64,000 nt of DNA from Antedon mediterranea (taxonomy: Eukaryota > Animalia > Echinodermata). The stretch lies in NCBI RefSeq assembly GCF_964355755.1, contig NC_092677.1, forward strand, positions 7,214,101-7,278,100, read 5' to 3'. Positions within the stretch are counted from its first letter, which is position 1; each line of letters begins with the position of its first letter. The position numbers and the translations under genes are program-made. Of the stretch, positions 1 through 11,350 are shown in pieces. The notes beneath the pieces are model-generated. The model was not told where the DNA came from, did no database searches, and saw only the letters and a program-made list of their open reading frames with translations.

Positions 1-149
1 CTCATATAGTCAATGGCACAGGAGAGGAGAAGTATACATGTCTACCTAAATCATAACATCTTTACTGAAGTGAGGTTCCACCAACAGTGCATCTGATAGC
101 ACGTCGACTAGAATAGAGTGATGATGAGTGCCGTGTTGCAGTACTAAAG

Positions 150-265
150 AGGATAAGGCAGCGTGGAAAGGAACTGATCACCATGCCACATAGTAGACCT
201 ACAAAGGCTTAGTACAATGAGCTCCTACGTTCAGAAAGAATACGATAACTACCATCACCTTTGTT
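150..265 (+). mobile_element. degenerate 3' part of the SINE family found at 7301
   Basis: Shares ggcagcgtggaaaggaactg..ccacata..tagtacaatgagctcctacgttcag..aatacg..cacctt with 7430-7495/8090-8130. Confidence 0.65.
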
Positions 266-306
266 TATATTAACTTAATCAACAAAATCAATTTTATCCG
301 TTTCAG

Positions 307-545
307 ATTCTAAACCTACAAAACGAAATCTCTCAGTTACCAGTTTCTTATACCTATCCTAATGGTACTAAAATAGAAATCACACTAAAAGACGTGTGTG
401 TCCAACCAGGAGCCCCATATTCTCAAGAATGTTTCATTAACAGTGTTCTTCAACACTGGCAGAATAGTTTTGAAAAAATGAATACGACAGTGATACTTGG
501 TGGAAGAAAGGCAGATTATCATGACCATTTTTTGTTCTGTACCAC
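307..545 (+). CDS. NPC1-like exon (middle luminal domain)
   Basis: ILNLQNEISQL..LKDVCVQP..CFINSVLQHWQNS..ADYHDHFLFC; tttcag acceptor, gtagg donor. Confidence 0.9.
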
Positions 546-3500
546 GTAGGTTATTGACGTTTTCGAATTCTGTTCTCCCGCTTCTCAGTATTTGTCCAAC
601 ATATTCTCCCGCTTCTCAGTATTTTACCTAAAAACTATATACATTACTTGGACAGATTCCGTAATAAAGTTTCCTAAATGTAATATAATGTTTTTATACC
701 TTATAAAGCTACTTTTTCCAAAGTCCCTTTATGGATGCCATTATTATACATGTCCCTAAAACCTTTCTGTTTCATGCACTAATGCGATAATAAACCGCCT
801 ACCTGTCAATGGTTTACTGTTTAGGTGTAGGTTAATAGGTTATTATGCTGTTGTTATAATCAGCAGACTCGAATCGGCTGAATGTATCTGATGCTATCAT
901 CCTGTACGGAGATACCTAGCATTCTTAGAAAGCAACAATAGAGTTTATCTAAAGGACACCTACAACTGACCAAAATATAAAATAAAGAATACATTGTCTG
1001 TTGTAAAGTTGCGTTCGCACTAAGCCTAGAATAACTATAGCTGCGTTTTTCGGTCACACACGTGACGTACTACATTCAGAGAATTTCGAATGAGTTAGTG
1101 TGAACGGTTTTTATTAAACACATTTGCCACGATTTGTTTTATCTGGCCACCAGACTGGGATCTATGAAGGTATCTTTAGCGATTTCATTGTAAATAATTA
1201 CAGTACACCACAAAATAAAAGGTCATCGATTGTTGTTGTTTAGATCCAACCAACCATACTGCACTACAAAGATGTTTTCTGCCATAACGGTTGACTAGAA
1301 ATGTAAACTTTCAAGATACGCTGGTATCTACTATATTTTTGAATATATAAAATTGTCTTATTTGTAATAGTTAAATTTTTGTAAATTTGTATGATTTTTT
1401 TGACATTATTTGGATTTTTTTTCAGATCACCTTTATCACCAGAGTCGTTTATGGGACTGCCCTGTGGCAGCAACCTGGGAATTCCTGCTTTCCCATACAC
1501 TACTCTTGGAGGCTACAAAAGTAAGTTCCAGACGTTATTTGACATGAGTAACGATTTCTTATATTAATATACACACTTAAAGAGATCTCCAATTTAAAAA
1601 AAACAGTTATACATCTAAGCTAATAATGGTATTGTATTATAGAGGAGCACCCATATAAGTTTCATTAAATTGAGTTGCTTAAAGTTAAATTTATAAAGAA
1701 AATATACGTTCTCTCATAACTACAATAAATATACTGATTAGAAATCCTAGTAAAGGATACAATTAAATGATAAATATTTAACATAAACCATGATAATCCT
1801 ACGGAAGCTTAAAGTGATCTTTTTATTTCTTTATACTATTATTCCGGAAACGTAAATATCTTAAACGGAAATGACCTTAGAAACATGAAAAATGGACATG
1901 TATTATTATATAAATGAATTTACGAGTGCAAAGTGTCAATAATTTATTCAGGAGAAAGATGAAAATATAAATGAAATATTTGTAGCATTGTAGGAATATA
2001 TACGCATTAAATATTTTGTTTTACAGTACAACCAAAGTAGTTTTGAAGTTATCGCGTATTTTTACTCACATATAGCGAAAAATAACTAATATTACTCATT
2101 TTAATATATTAAATTTTTCTAAATAACAGTTTTTTAATTTATCCTTCATTGATTTTTTTTTAATAATTAGACGACAATGGAGTTGATGTCTACAATAGTG
2201 CCGAGGCTTTCATTTTTACTTTGTTTTTGAGAGAAGAAGTTGATAATGATGTATTGTCAGGCATGACATTTGCTTGGGAAGAAGCCTTTATAGAATTTAT
2301 GCATAAATATTCAAGCGATTTGATCAGAGTTTCTTATTATGCTACCGTAAGTTTAAAATTATAGAGACAGACTTTGTAGGCCTATCATCATTACCTATTC
2401 TTTACCGCGATAGGCAGACGCCGACTCTCATTTTGGATTCACCTCTCTTTACCAATTAATTTCTCTTCAGATTCATCATTTCCGTCTAGGCCTATTGGTA
2501 TTGTTGTCAGGCCTAGTCTATGGTACAAAAACGAATAGACAAAAGATCGTTTCAATATTTGAACACTTCTCTCCTTGCCACATTCAATTATATACCCACC
2601 GGGATGGCCATGCCTCCCCAGTATATAGTCTATGGTTCTTGTAACATAGGCCGTATATATCCAGTCGCTAGATACGTGAACATCAATGTTATCTAATTCT
2701 TTCATGTTTAAGTATAACTATCTTTCTTTTCTATTTTTAAGTCTACCCTTGAGGAAGAAATAAAGAGAGAAAGCGAGGCGGATACTGTTACTATTGCCAT
2801 AAGTTACTGTGCGGTATTCGTGTATATTGTATTGGCCCTTGGACAGTACAATAAGTGTTCCCGTATTCTGGTAAGAATTCAAATATTTCTCATATTTAAT
2901 ACAATACAATAATTACATTGATAATAAAGATACGTAAATAAATAGTTTATGGGTTAAGATACACAGAAGCCAAAGTGGCTTGTCTTTGTAGTCCTAAGCA
3001 TAAACATAAAACATATACGGACGCATATTCATAAAACGTTTTTGAAAACTTGTGCAGTCGGACAAGTTTGTGTACTCAATATTGTTTCATATTATTATAC
3101 AACAAACTTTAGACTTGCCCCAAGTCTGTATTATCTTTTTTTTAAATTTATATGTTTTTATTTCGACCGCGATTTTTGTCTGAAAATACAAAATCAAGTA
3201 GTATACGTATGAAACGCCATATGTGCCAAAATATTTATCTTTTTACTAATATTAAGACAAAACTCCGCCTGGAACCCAGACTAGACAAACTTCAATACAA
3301 TAATAATAATAGTATATTGTGTTTTCGATTGCTTGTGCTAATAGATACAAGATAGATGTTTACATCTTATACAAGAAAAATAATAATTACATCCATGACA
3401 ATTTATCTTTTCTTCTATCACAACCGCACTATAACTAAATATAGACTAAAGTTAACATTGCTTGGTTTTAGTTATCTATATTAATGCGCTTGGAATTTTA

Positions 3501-6500
3501 TTTTAAAAAGCTCTGTCTACACAATCAAACTTTATGTGACAACAAATTGTGATGTGCCCATGGACATGATGATGTCATTTCACTACCATATTTGGTCATA
3601 CCACTACCATATTTGGGCACATCACACTTTTTTTTGTCAAACTAGTTTGATAGTGTAGACAGAGCTTTAGGCGCATTATAAATGATTTGTGTATGTAAGT
3701 TGAGTATATGAACACTTTCGTTGTAACTATCCATGTAAATTGTGTGGAAAATCATAATACTACTCTTTTTTTTTTAAATTTCTCTAAACAACACAGGTTG
3801 ATTCTAAGGTTCTACTAGGCCTGAGTGGTATTATCATTATCCTGCTATCGATCCTTTCTGCTGCTGGTATTTACGGTTACGTTGGGGTTAAAACTAGCTT
3901 GATTGCCCTGGAAGTGGTACCATTTATTATCCTAGCTGTTGGCGCAGATAACATGTTTATTCTTGTCAAAGACTACCAGGTGAGCAGATTGGAACGTTTA
4001 TATATAATTCTGTCTAGAAAAAACATGGAATTATAGATGTTAGGGTAGCGTTATGAGGAGAGATCAACATGGAAAGGATAGGCTAGTACTTAAAAGAAGA
4101 ATAAAGTAGCTAAGCTAATAATCATATTGATGTTTTTTTGCAGCTGGATGTGCGTCGGTCTGGTGAGACACGCGAGGAGCAGATAGGTCGAACTATCGGA
4201 CGAGTTGGTCCAAGTATCTTCATGTGCGGCTTGTCCGAATCATTCGCTTTTTTCGTTGGTAAGATCATAATCTCTATTGAACCTTGTGCATTAAATACAA
4301 CTGTACATGACAATACTGTCAATACAATACTTTAATGGAATATATTTTGAATAAAATCGGCAGGTATATGTCAGAAGCCGATCCAAGATGTTTGAAAGGA
4401 TGTTGTCGAACAGACATTGGGTCATTTTGCTTCTTTGATGCGGCCTCGACGTCTCAGGCAGAAATAATGAATGATTCATGAGATTAAATCTAAATCCGGC
4501 TAAAATCTCCATTACAGTGCTATACTGTTTTAAAATAAACAATTGTAAAATACATTATATATTTCAGGTGCTTATATTAGGATAGAAGGTATCCACACAT
4601 TCGCATTGTACGCTGGTCTTGCTGTTCTCTTTGATTTCATACTGCAAATGTCTGCTTTTGTTGCCGTTTTGTCAATTGATGCTTGGAGACAAGATGTAAG
4701 ATTAAGAGTATTGTTTTTAGCTACATTTGGTTTTTTAATCAATGTTGACAGACGTTAGAAGATGAAGACATTCTGGAATAATGCATTCAGAAACCATCGA
4801 GACTTAAATGTCTGTTGTTGATGACGTTAACGCCATACTGTTGATGTTTTACATATAATGAAAGGTGTAAAGTAATGTAATCCTTATGGGATTAAAAACA
4901 GAAAAGCTCAACACACATTTTACTACGTATACCTTATGTAAAGATTATTGTTGTTAAAGCTAGAATTTAAAAAATGTAATATATTGTTTATTAATCTGTG
5001 GGAAAGAATTTTAACCTTCAACTCTACGTGTACTACCATATGCAAGAAATGCACTGTGATCCGTGAACCTCCAACAAACCTCAAATTTAAATATAAAAAT
5101 GATCAACCTTTTGTTTGCAATCTGCGAGTTTGTAGGAGATTTTGGTGCATATTTCTACACTTAGCTATTGGAGTCATGTTGGCCATCTACATGATCACAA
5201 AAACTAATTTAATTCACTGACTTCATAAACCTCAGAAAATAATTTTGTCAAGAAGGTGCATGAAATAATTACTGAAAACTAATTTTCTAAAATGTTTAGA
5301 AGTTTCTCAACTTCTAAAAAACTGTTCTTGGCAAACTCAAGTTTTCTCGAGTAGGTCAGATTAGTATGTAACTGTTACTATAATATTCTCCATTCTAGGC
5401 CGGTCGAATGGAACCATGTTGTTGCTGTACTTGCAACCGGGAGAGTACATCAAATGAATTAGGATATTTTCAACTGTTTATGAAAAAAATCTATGCGCCT
5501 TTAATCGTGAACAAATGGGTTCGTCCAATCATAGTAAGTATTCATTGATTCATGACATCTATTCAATCAATGTAAAAAAATGCAAATGTAAAATACATAA
5601 CTTTATCTTCCTAAAATTTAAAAACCTAAAAAAGGAAAATAGAAAACAAGATAGCAAATCTTGTAAATATATATTTTTTTAATATACAGCGTAAACACAT
5701 TTAGTACGCATTGATCATGCGCACTAATTTAAATTTCATTATTTATGGCGTTCGCAATAATCAACTTATTCCTTCATCATAATTATTAATTTTGATTCGT
5801 AGGTGATTGTTTTTGTTGCCGCAACATGCATCAGTGTTTATCTGACGACAATGTTAACAGTTGTCCTAGATCGTGCGGACGTTCTTGATGACGTAAGTGA
5901 AATAGTATTGTGGAATTTATTACACGTTCTGCCAAAAAACCTGATACCCAACTGTTAGCTTACCCGACCATTTATTCCTTGTTTTTTTTTAAATGTGAAA
6001 TCATAATATTATGATTTCTTTTTTATAGGATTCATATGCAACAGCGTTTGTTAGAGATTACCAGGCGTACGGTCAAATCGGACCTCCTGTATACTTCGTA
6101 GTTGCCGGCGATTATGACTATTCCAATGAACTGGCCCAGAACATGATATGTGGAGGTACCAATTGTAGCGACAACTCCCTACATCAACAATTATCTGCGG
6201 CGGGTCGCGACCCAGAGAAGTACGTTTAACTTTACAATATCTGAGTCTACATATTCAATTCACAATCATGATGCTGCAGATAAATTAGTTCATTATTTTC
6301 AACCATTATTTTAAATATTCATGAATTTAGTGATTTGATTACACGGTAAACTGTACACTTTTCTATTCTGTTTTATCCATGCAGTAGCCTGATAGCTTTC
6401 CCGCCAAATTCATGGTTAGATGATTACTTTGATTGGATTGGACCAAACTTTGGGAGCTGTTGTAAGCTTAAGGAGGCCGGAGGGGATTTCTGTTCTACGG

Positions 6501-9500
6501 CAGGTATGGTAGGCCTACAGTCACAAGTAAATTTGACAAATCACAAGCGATGTATCCGAAATATCGCTTATCGTTTGCGTTGCATCATTAAACTAAGGCT
6601 TTAAATTGAATTGAAAACTTGATTTAACAAGAAAGGCAGGATTGTCCGGGAGTAGCCGAATTCAATGGAAATGTCAACCTTACAGCGAATGAAAATATTT
6701 CTTTATTCAATGAATTCAAAACATTATATTTGTAAAATGGAAATTTGTCTACTGTATATTGCATAATTTATGAACAGATAGCAAAACCGTATCTGTACTG
6801 CAGACACATTCTGAGAATGTTTAAAGAAAGTTTACCGAGTACACTCAAGTGGGTTAGGCATGGTAACTTGTTATACTGTATTTGTTTATATTAGATCCAG
6901 CTTACCTAGGGTGTACCACCAATTGCATTCCTGCTTCCACTGATGCATGGCAACGACCCATCGGACAGACGTTTAATACATATTTACCAAACTTTTTGGG
7001 GACGCTTACAGGACAATATTGTACGAAAGGGTAAGACCTAGATTTACTATAGTATAAATATAAATATAATATAGTAAAAGTTTGTTTTGTCTCTGAAAAT
7101 ATTACCAATTGTTTTGATTTTACAGAGGAGCTACTTCTTACGGCAGTGCAATAGCATTCAACGACGACGGATCTATAAAAGGTGAGTGTCTAACTAATTC
7201 CCCGTTATATCATTCAACTTTGGTCATAGGCCTATCCTTTAAAAATATCGATCACAATATTTAAGTATTTTGGTTCCTAATAAAACATCTACTGGCCTTT
7301 GGCGGAGTTGGATAGCCGAGTGGTTAGGACACTTGACTGTCATACAGATAGACCGGGTTCAATTCCCGACAACTCCCAGTCCACTCAACTGTAAATGAGT
7401 ACCTGGTTGAAAATACTGGGGAGAAAAAAGGCGGCGTGGAAAGGAACTGGCTACCCTACCACATAATGCCGAGGCATAGTACAATGAGCTCCTAAAGAAA
7501 TCAAATATTCTTAAAATTACTGATATCCATAACATTCAAATCTCTATTTTTATGTTTAAATTCATAAAGGGCTCACTACCTAGACCTATTCTTGAATTGT
7601 TTTCTAAATCTACTGTTATAAACAAATATAATTTTAGAAATCCACGTAAGATACTTGTACCACTTGTTAGATTAACCAAATCTAAATATTGTATAACCTT
7701 CTCAGGACCAACTCTGTGGAATGATTTAGATGAAAAACTTACTGACTGTAAAACTTTAATAATTTTTAAGAAATGTATAAAGTACTTTTATTTGTCTAAT
7801 TAACATGAGTAAAAATATAACTGTCATTTACATATATTTATTTTCATAATTACTTATATAATTTGAAGTCTAAATAAGGCGTATACTTTTTCCTTATTAA
7901 ACTATTTCTAATATTTGTTTTGTTAGGGGTCTGATTGAGACAAGTTTAATACTTCTAAACCAGATCCCAGCCAAAAAAAAAAATAAGTAGAAATATTATG
8001 TTAAAATGTTTAATATTTATGTTAAATAATATGTTTTTTGGTTGAATAAATATTACGAAACTCAACTCAACTCAAACTCAACTCATTCCCCTACGTTCAG
8101 AGAATACGGGACTCACCTTTACCTTACCTTTATTCGCCTTTGCACTTTATGTAAAATATGTGCATCTGTTGTGGTCTGACACCACAAAAATTGTTTGCTT
8201 TTAATAAACAAGTTATGTAAGTCGTTTTTTTTAAACAATTGTATCTTTTGTATTAGATTTTTTTTAATTATTAATTTTGTTTTCTTCAAAATTTAGCTAC
8301 GTATTTTTCATCGTTCCATGCAAAACTGAGTACGGGGTTAGACGACATAGAATCCTTAAAGATAGTCCTACAAATCTGTGAAGATATTGAGAAAGAAATT
8401 CGAAAAAATATTGACGTTGGCGACAATTTTAGAGTGTTTCCATACAGGTAGGCCTATATTTGATTTGATGTTAAATCGTTGAAACATAGGACTACAGTTT
8501 TTGTTGGCCTACAAAAAAGTAGATGTTGTTACATGTTTTGAACTATGTTGTTTATGACTTTGGATTGCTCCAAATGTAGCCGTCACTATTGTCCGTTTCT
8601 CTACTACATGTTTACATGCAAACATGTTTAGAACTTAAATTGGTTTCATACCTAAGTATGTGAAATGCTAACCGTGTGGACAATTTGGTTAACAATTACA
8701 TTTTAAGACCTAACACTAGGCCTACTTTTAAAGTGGAGTTAGAAAACATCGTAAATTGGAAATGTTATACAGAATATACTGACACTAGAAAGAAAACTAC
8801 TAAGTACTTGTAGATACTGTTACAATCAATTCGACTACCTATTGTTTGAACCCAATAGAAGGGAGTCCAGGTATAACAAAATAGAACATTTTCTCAGCGT
8901 TACAGTTTTCCTATTTGCCCTTTAATATTCGTTTTTTTTTATTCTAGCGATTCCTATGTATTTTATGAGCAGTTCTTGGATATAGTTGACGAAGCAAAGA
9001 TTATATTGCCCGCTATCCTTGTTCCAGTTTTCGTTGTTACTTTACTTCTGATGTCGTTCGATTTCATCTCATCCATAATCGTAATCGTAAACGTAGCAAT
9101 GGTTGTTGTTAATACAATGGGCGTTATGTATCTCTTGGATATATACTTCAATGCTATTTCACTCGTCAATCTTATGATGGTAAGAACGTGGAGATTATTA
9201 TAACACGCCCGTGTGTATCCTTGTCCTTTGATTGGTTAACTTCGTATCACATGCCGTTCAGTATATTAGTTCTATTGCAGGGCCCACGGGGGTTATTTAT
9301 TGGTTCCAATACACGCCTGCTTTTTTAATGGCCTTGATCGGCATTAGTTATAGATGGAATCAGTGGATTAAAACAATACATAAACAAATAATGGAAATAT
9401 AGTTATGTTAAGTTATCAACATTATTTAAAATTTTAAACTGTACGCAATTAGTAGGCCATGCCGAAAGATCGTTTTCCAAAACCCTTTACCATTAGGCAT

Positions 9501-11006
9501 CTGAGTCTGCTAATTACGTGATTGGGTTTTTTTTCTTCAGGCAACTGGTATTTCTGTAGAGTTTATATCACATATCGTAAGAACATTCCGCCTAAGTACG
9601 CTTCCTACAAGAAAACAGCGCGCCGAGTTCTCTCTTGCTACCACTGGAAGTTCGGTAAGTGTTTTTAACTATTAAAATAACGAACACGTAGGCCTAGTGA
9701 TAGAAACTTGTTTTCGACCACTCCAGCCATATATCGATTTGAAAGTATGATTTTATACTTTTTGAACAATCATAGCGACGGCAGAAAGTACAAAAAAAAA
9801 ACCCACATGTATACAATAGCAACTGAGCAAGGAACATTATACAAATTATGCCTAGTCCTTTGCTCCTACTCGTTTTTTGTTGTTGTCTTTGTTCTGATTT
9901 TGTTGATTGTTAAGTATGCGACTTTTGATGTATATATATATATTTCTGTACCACTGTTATTTTTATATGAGCAAGAAATTAAAACAAACAAATAGTCTGC
10001 GAAGTACGGTATTCCGAATGTTCATATGGCAAGTAGACCTACACTTACGTACGAATTTTGGAACACACAAGTTTCACTACGGTCAATAGTATAGAGGAGT
10101 TCCACGAAAGCTATAGGATACTAATAATTAAAGCCATTTTAGGACAACATTTAAAAATATGGTTGAAAAAATTTTAAAATAAGGTAAAATGCTCTGCATG
10201 ACATCCCATTTCACTAGGCCTACCATATAATCGATACTTAAACGTTTTCTATTACAGATTTTGAGTGGCGTTGCACTTACCAATCTTCCTGGAATCATTG
10301 TTCTCAACTTTGCCTCGTCAAAAGTATTTCGTGATTACTATTTCCAAATGTTCTTGGCTATTACTATCATTGGTACTCTTCACGGTTTAATGTTTCTACC
10401 AGCACTTCTAACGTATTTGGGTAAGTTGTCTCTCATATGGATTTGTACAAATACTGACTGCTTGAACATAAATAATTAGGCACCGCTACCGGTACATAGT
10501 CAAGTAAGCTACCACAATGAAGTAAGCGCTTACGGTACTCCCCGGTATTCCAACATAATTTGCATAAAATAATGTAATTTGCATAAATGGAAGTTTAATA
10601 CTGTAGGCCTAATCACTGTTTTCGTGTAAGGTTTTGGTGTGAAAATTGATTGAAACTCTCAATGTAACGCGATAATACTGTTTCTTAATTACTTCTTAGT
10701 ATGTAGCCTAATGCATACACTGTGATATAATAATGGTGTGAGATACTACTTTGTAATTCATTGACAAACTATGTAGTTAACTACTAACTATTAATGTTAC
10801 CATTGACTTATACAATGAATACGGTAGTTGCACGGAATCCAATTTGCTTTAATCCTATAGGGCCACCTTTGAACAGGGCAGAGGCTGAAGCCGAGGCATC
10901 GAAAAGCAACGGGAATGTTCAACGGATTCACATGACCAAGATGGACCCCGAAACACATTTCGGTTACGACAACAAGGAGCTATATTTCCAAAACCATCCT
11001 GGCTAG
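307..11006 (+). CDS. NPC1L1: NPC1/NPC1L1-family sterol transporter (Niemann-Pick C1-like), 5'-incomplete; 18 coding exons, ~865 aa visible
   Basis: Manually spliced GT-AG exons 307-545, 1426-1520, 2171-2346, 2742-2870, 3797-3979, 4144-4258, 4568-4695, 5399-5533, 5803-5892, 6029-6219, 6385-6503, 6895-7030, 7126-7181, 8297-8447, 8948-9179, 9541-9654, 10258-10420, 10861-11006 keep one frame (2598 nt). Motifs: ADYHDHFLFC, AWEEAFIEF, sterol-sensing domain VDSKVLLG..EVVPFIILAVGADNMF, GPPVYFVV, SWLDDYFDW, VFPYS..VFYEQF, GISVEFISH, TNLPGIIVL..HGLMFLPALL. Family is secure; NPC1L1 versus NPC1 orthology is inferred. Confidence 0.93.
1426..1520 (+). CDS. NPC1-like exon
   Basis: SPLSPESFMGLPCGSNLGIPAFPYTTLGGYK. 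Confidence 0.9.
2171..2346 (+). CDS. NPC1-like exon
   Basis: YNSAEAFIFTL..AWEEAFIEFMHKYSSDLIRVSYYAT. Confidence 0.9.
2742..2870 (+). CDS. NPC1-like exon (start of sterol-sensing domain)
   Basis: STLEEEIKRESEADTVTIAISYCAVFVYIVLALG. Confidence 0.9.
3508..3667. mobile_element. short MITE (PIF/Harbinger-like termini)
   Basis: Inverted ends aagctctgtctacacaatcaaact / agtttgatagtgtagacagagctt; a second degenerate copy lies at 16647-16782. Confidence 0.7.
3797..3979 (+). CDS. NPC1-like exon (sterol-sensing domain)
   Basis: VDSKVLLGLSG..LEVVPFIILAVGADNMFILVKDYQ. Confidence 0.92.
4144..4258 (+). CDS. NPC1-like exon (sterol-sensing domain)
   Basis: LDVRRSGETREEQIGRTIGRVGPSIFMCGLSESFAFFV. Confidence 0.92.
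4568..4695 (+). CDS. NPC1-like exon (end of sterol-sensing domain)
   Basis: GAYIRIEGIHTFALYAGLAVLFDFILQMSAFVAVLSIDAWRQD. Confidence 0.92.
5399..5533 (+). CDS. NPC1-like exon
   Basis: AGRMEPCCCCTC..YAPLIVNKWVRPII. Confidence 0.9.
5803..5892 (+). CDS. NPC1-like exon
   Basis: VIVFVAATCISVYLTTMLTVVLDRADVLDD. Confidence 0.85.
6029..6219 (+). CDS. NPC1-like exon (C-terminal luminal domain)
   Basis: DSYATAF..GPPVYFVV..QNMICGGTNCSDNSLHQQL. Confidence 0.92.
6385..6503 (+). CDS. NPC1-like exon
   Basis: IAFPPNSWLDDYFDWIGPNFGSCCK. Confidence 0.92.
6895..7030 (+). CDS. NPC1-like exon
   Basis: DPAYLGCTTNCIP..QRPIGQTFNTYLPNFL..CTKG. Confidence 0.88.
7126..7181 (+). CDS. NPC1-like exon
   Basis: GATSYGSAIAFNDDGSIK. 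Confidence 0.85.
7301..8132 (+). mobile_element. tRNA-derived SINE (Deu/Nin-type core) split by a LINE insertion
   Basis: A-box tagccgagtgg, B-box ggttcaattcc, core cagtccactcaactgtaaatgagtacctg; the body resumes at ~8081 and ends in (ttacc)-type repeats. Confidence 0.75.
7496..8085 (+). mobile_element. 5'-truncated CR1/L2-clade LINE (ORF2 C-terminus, 3' UTR, (AACTC)n tail)
   Basis: ORF 7552-7803 FMFKFIKGSLP..YNFRN..FSGPTLWNDL..FKKCIK is typical of the CR1/L2-group ORF2 end; 3' stem ggggtctg..cagatccc, aataaa, microsatellite tail. Confidence 0.8.
8297..8447 (+). CDS. NPC1-like exon
   Basis: ATYFSSFHAKL..FRVFPYS. Confidence 0.9.
8948..9179 (+). CDS. NPC1-like exon
   Basis: DSYVFYEQFLDIV..NAISLVNLMM. 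Confidence 0.92.
9541..9654 (+). CDS. NPC1-like exon
   Basis: ATGISVEFISHIVRTFRLSTLPTRKQRAEFSLATTGSS. Confidence 0.92.
10258..10420 (+). CDS. NPC1-like exon
   Basis: ILSGVALTNLPGIIVL..HGLMFLPALLTYL. Confidence 0.92.
10861..11006 (+). CDS. NPC1-like terminal coding exon (cytoplasmic tail)
   Basis: GPPLNRAEAEAE..FGYDNKELYFQNHPG*. Confidence 0.88.
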
Positions 11007-11350
11007 TTGAGAATTCTCAACTATTCTATGTTTTTTTCTACCTTTCTGGAAAATGATATAATCCAAATTGTATTAATACTACCAGTAGTAAACATTTAGA
11101 AACACTTGCATACCTTCACTAATTTTAGTTGTTTGTAGTTTAAGACAATCTTAGTGATATTTAAATGAAAACAATACGATAAAAACTATTGTGTCTGTAT
11201 TTAACAAGACTATGACTTCCGTATAACGTGCATTGTGGGTACTTCAATTTTTATAGAAAAGCTAGGGAATCCTAATTTAGTAGGCAGCATATGGGGGCGG
11301 GGCAACCAAACTTGCTTATCAAATCAAAGCACAGTAAAGCAAAAGATAAA

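Noticed and set aside
860-1057. This and most other short ORFs in the supplied track (e.g. 2439-2705, 9708-9995, 57770-58039, 61227-61475)
   Set aside because: Intronic or antisense frames with no recognisable domain or splice support; expected by chance.
10975-10995. ELYFQN resembling a TEV protease site (ENLYFQ/G)
   Set aside because: Imperfect match in native genomic context; coincidence, not vector sequence.
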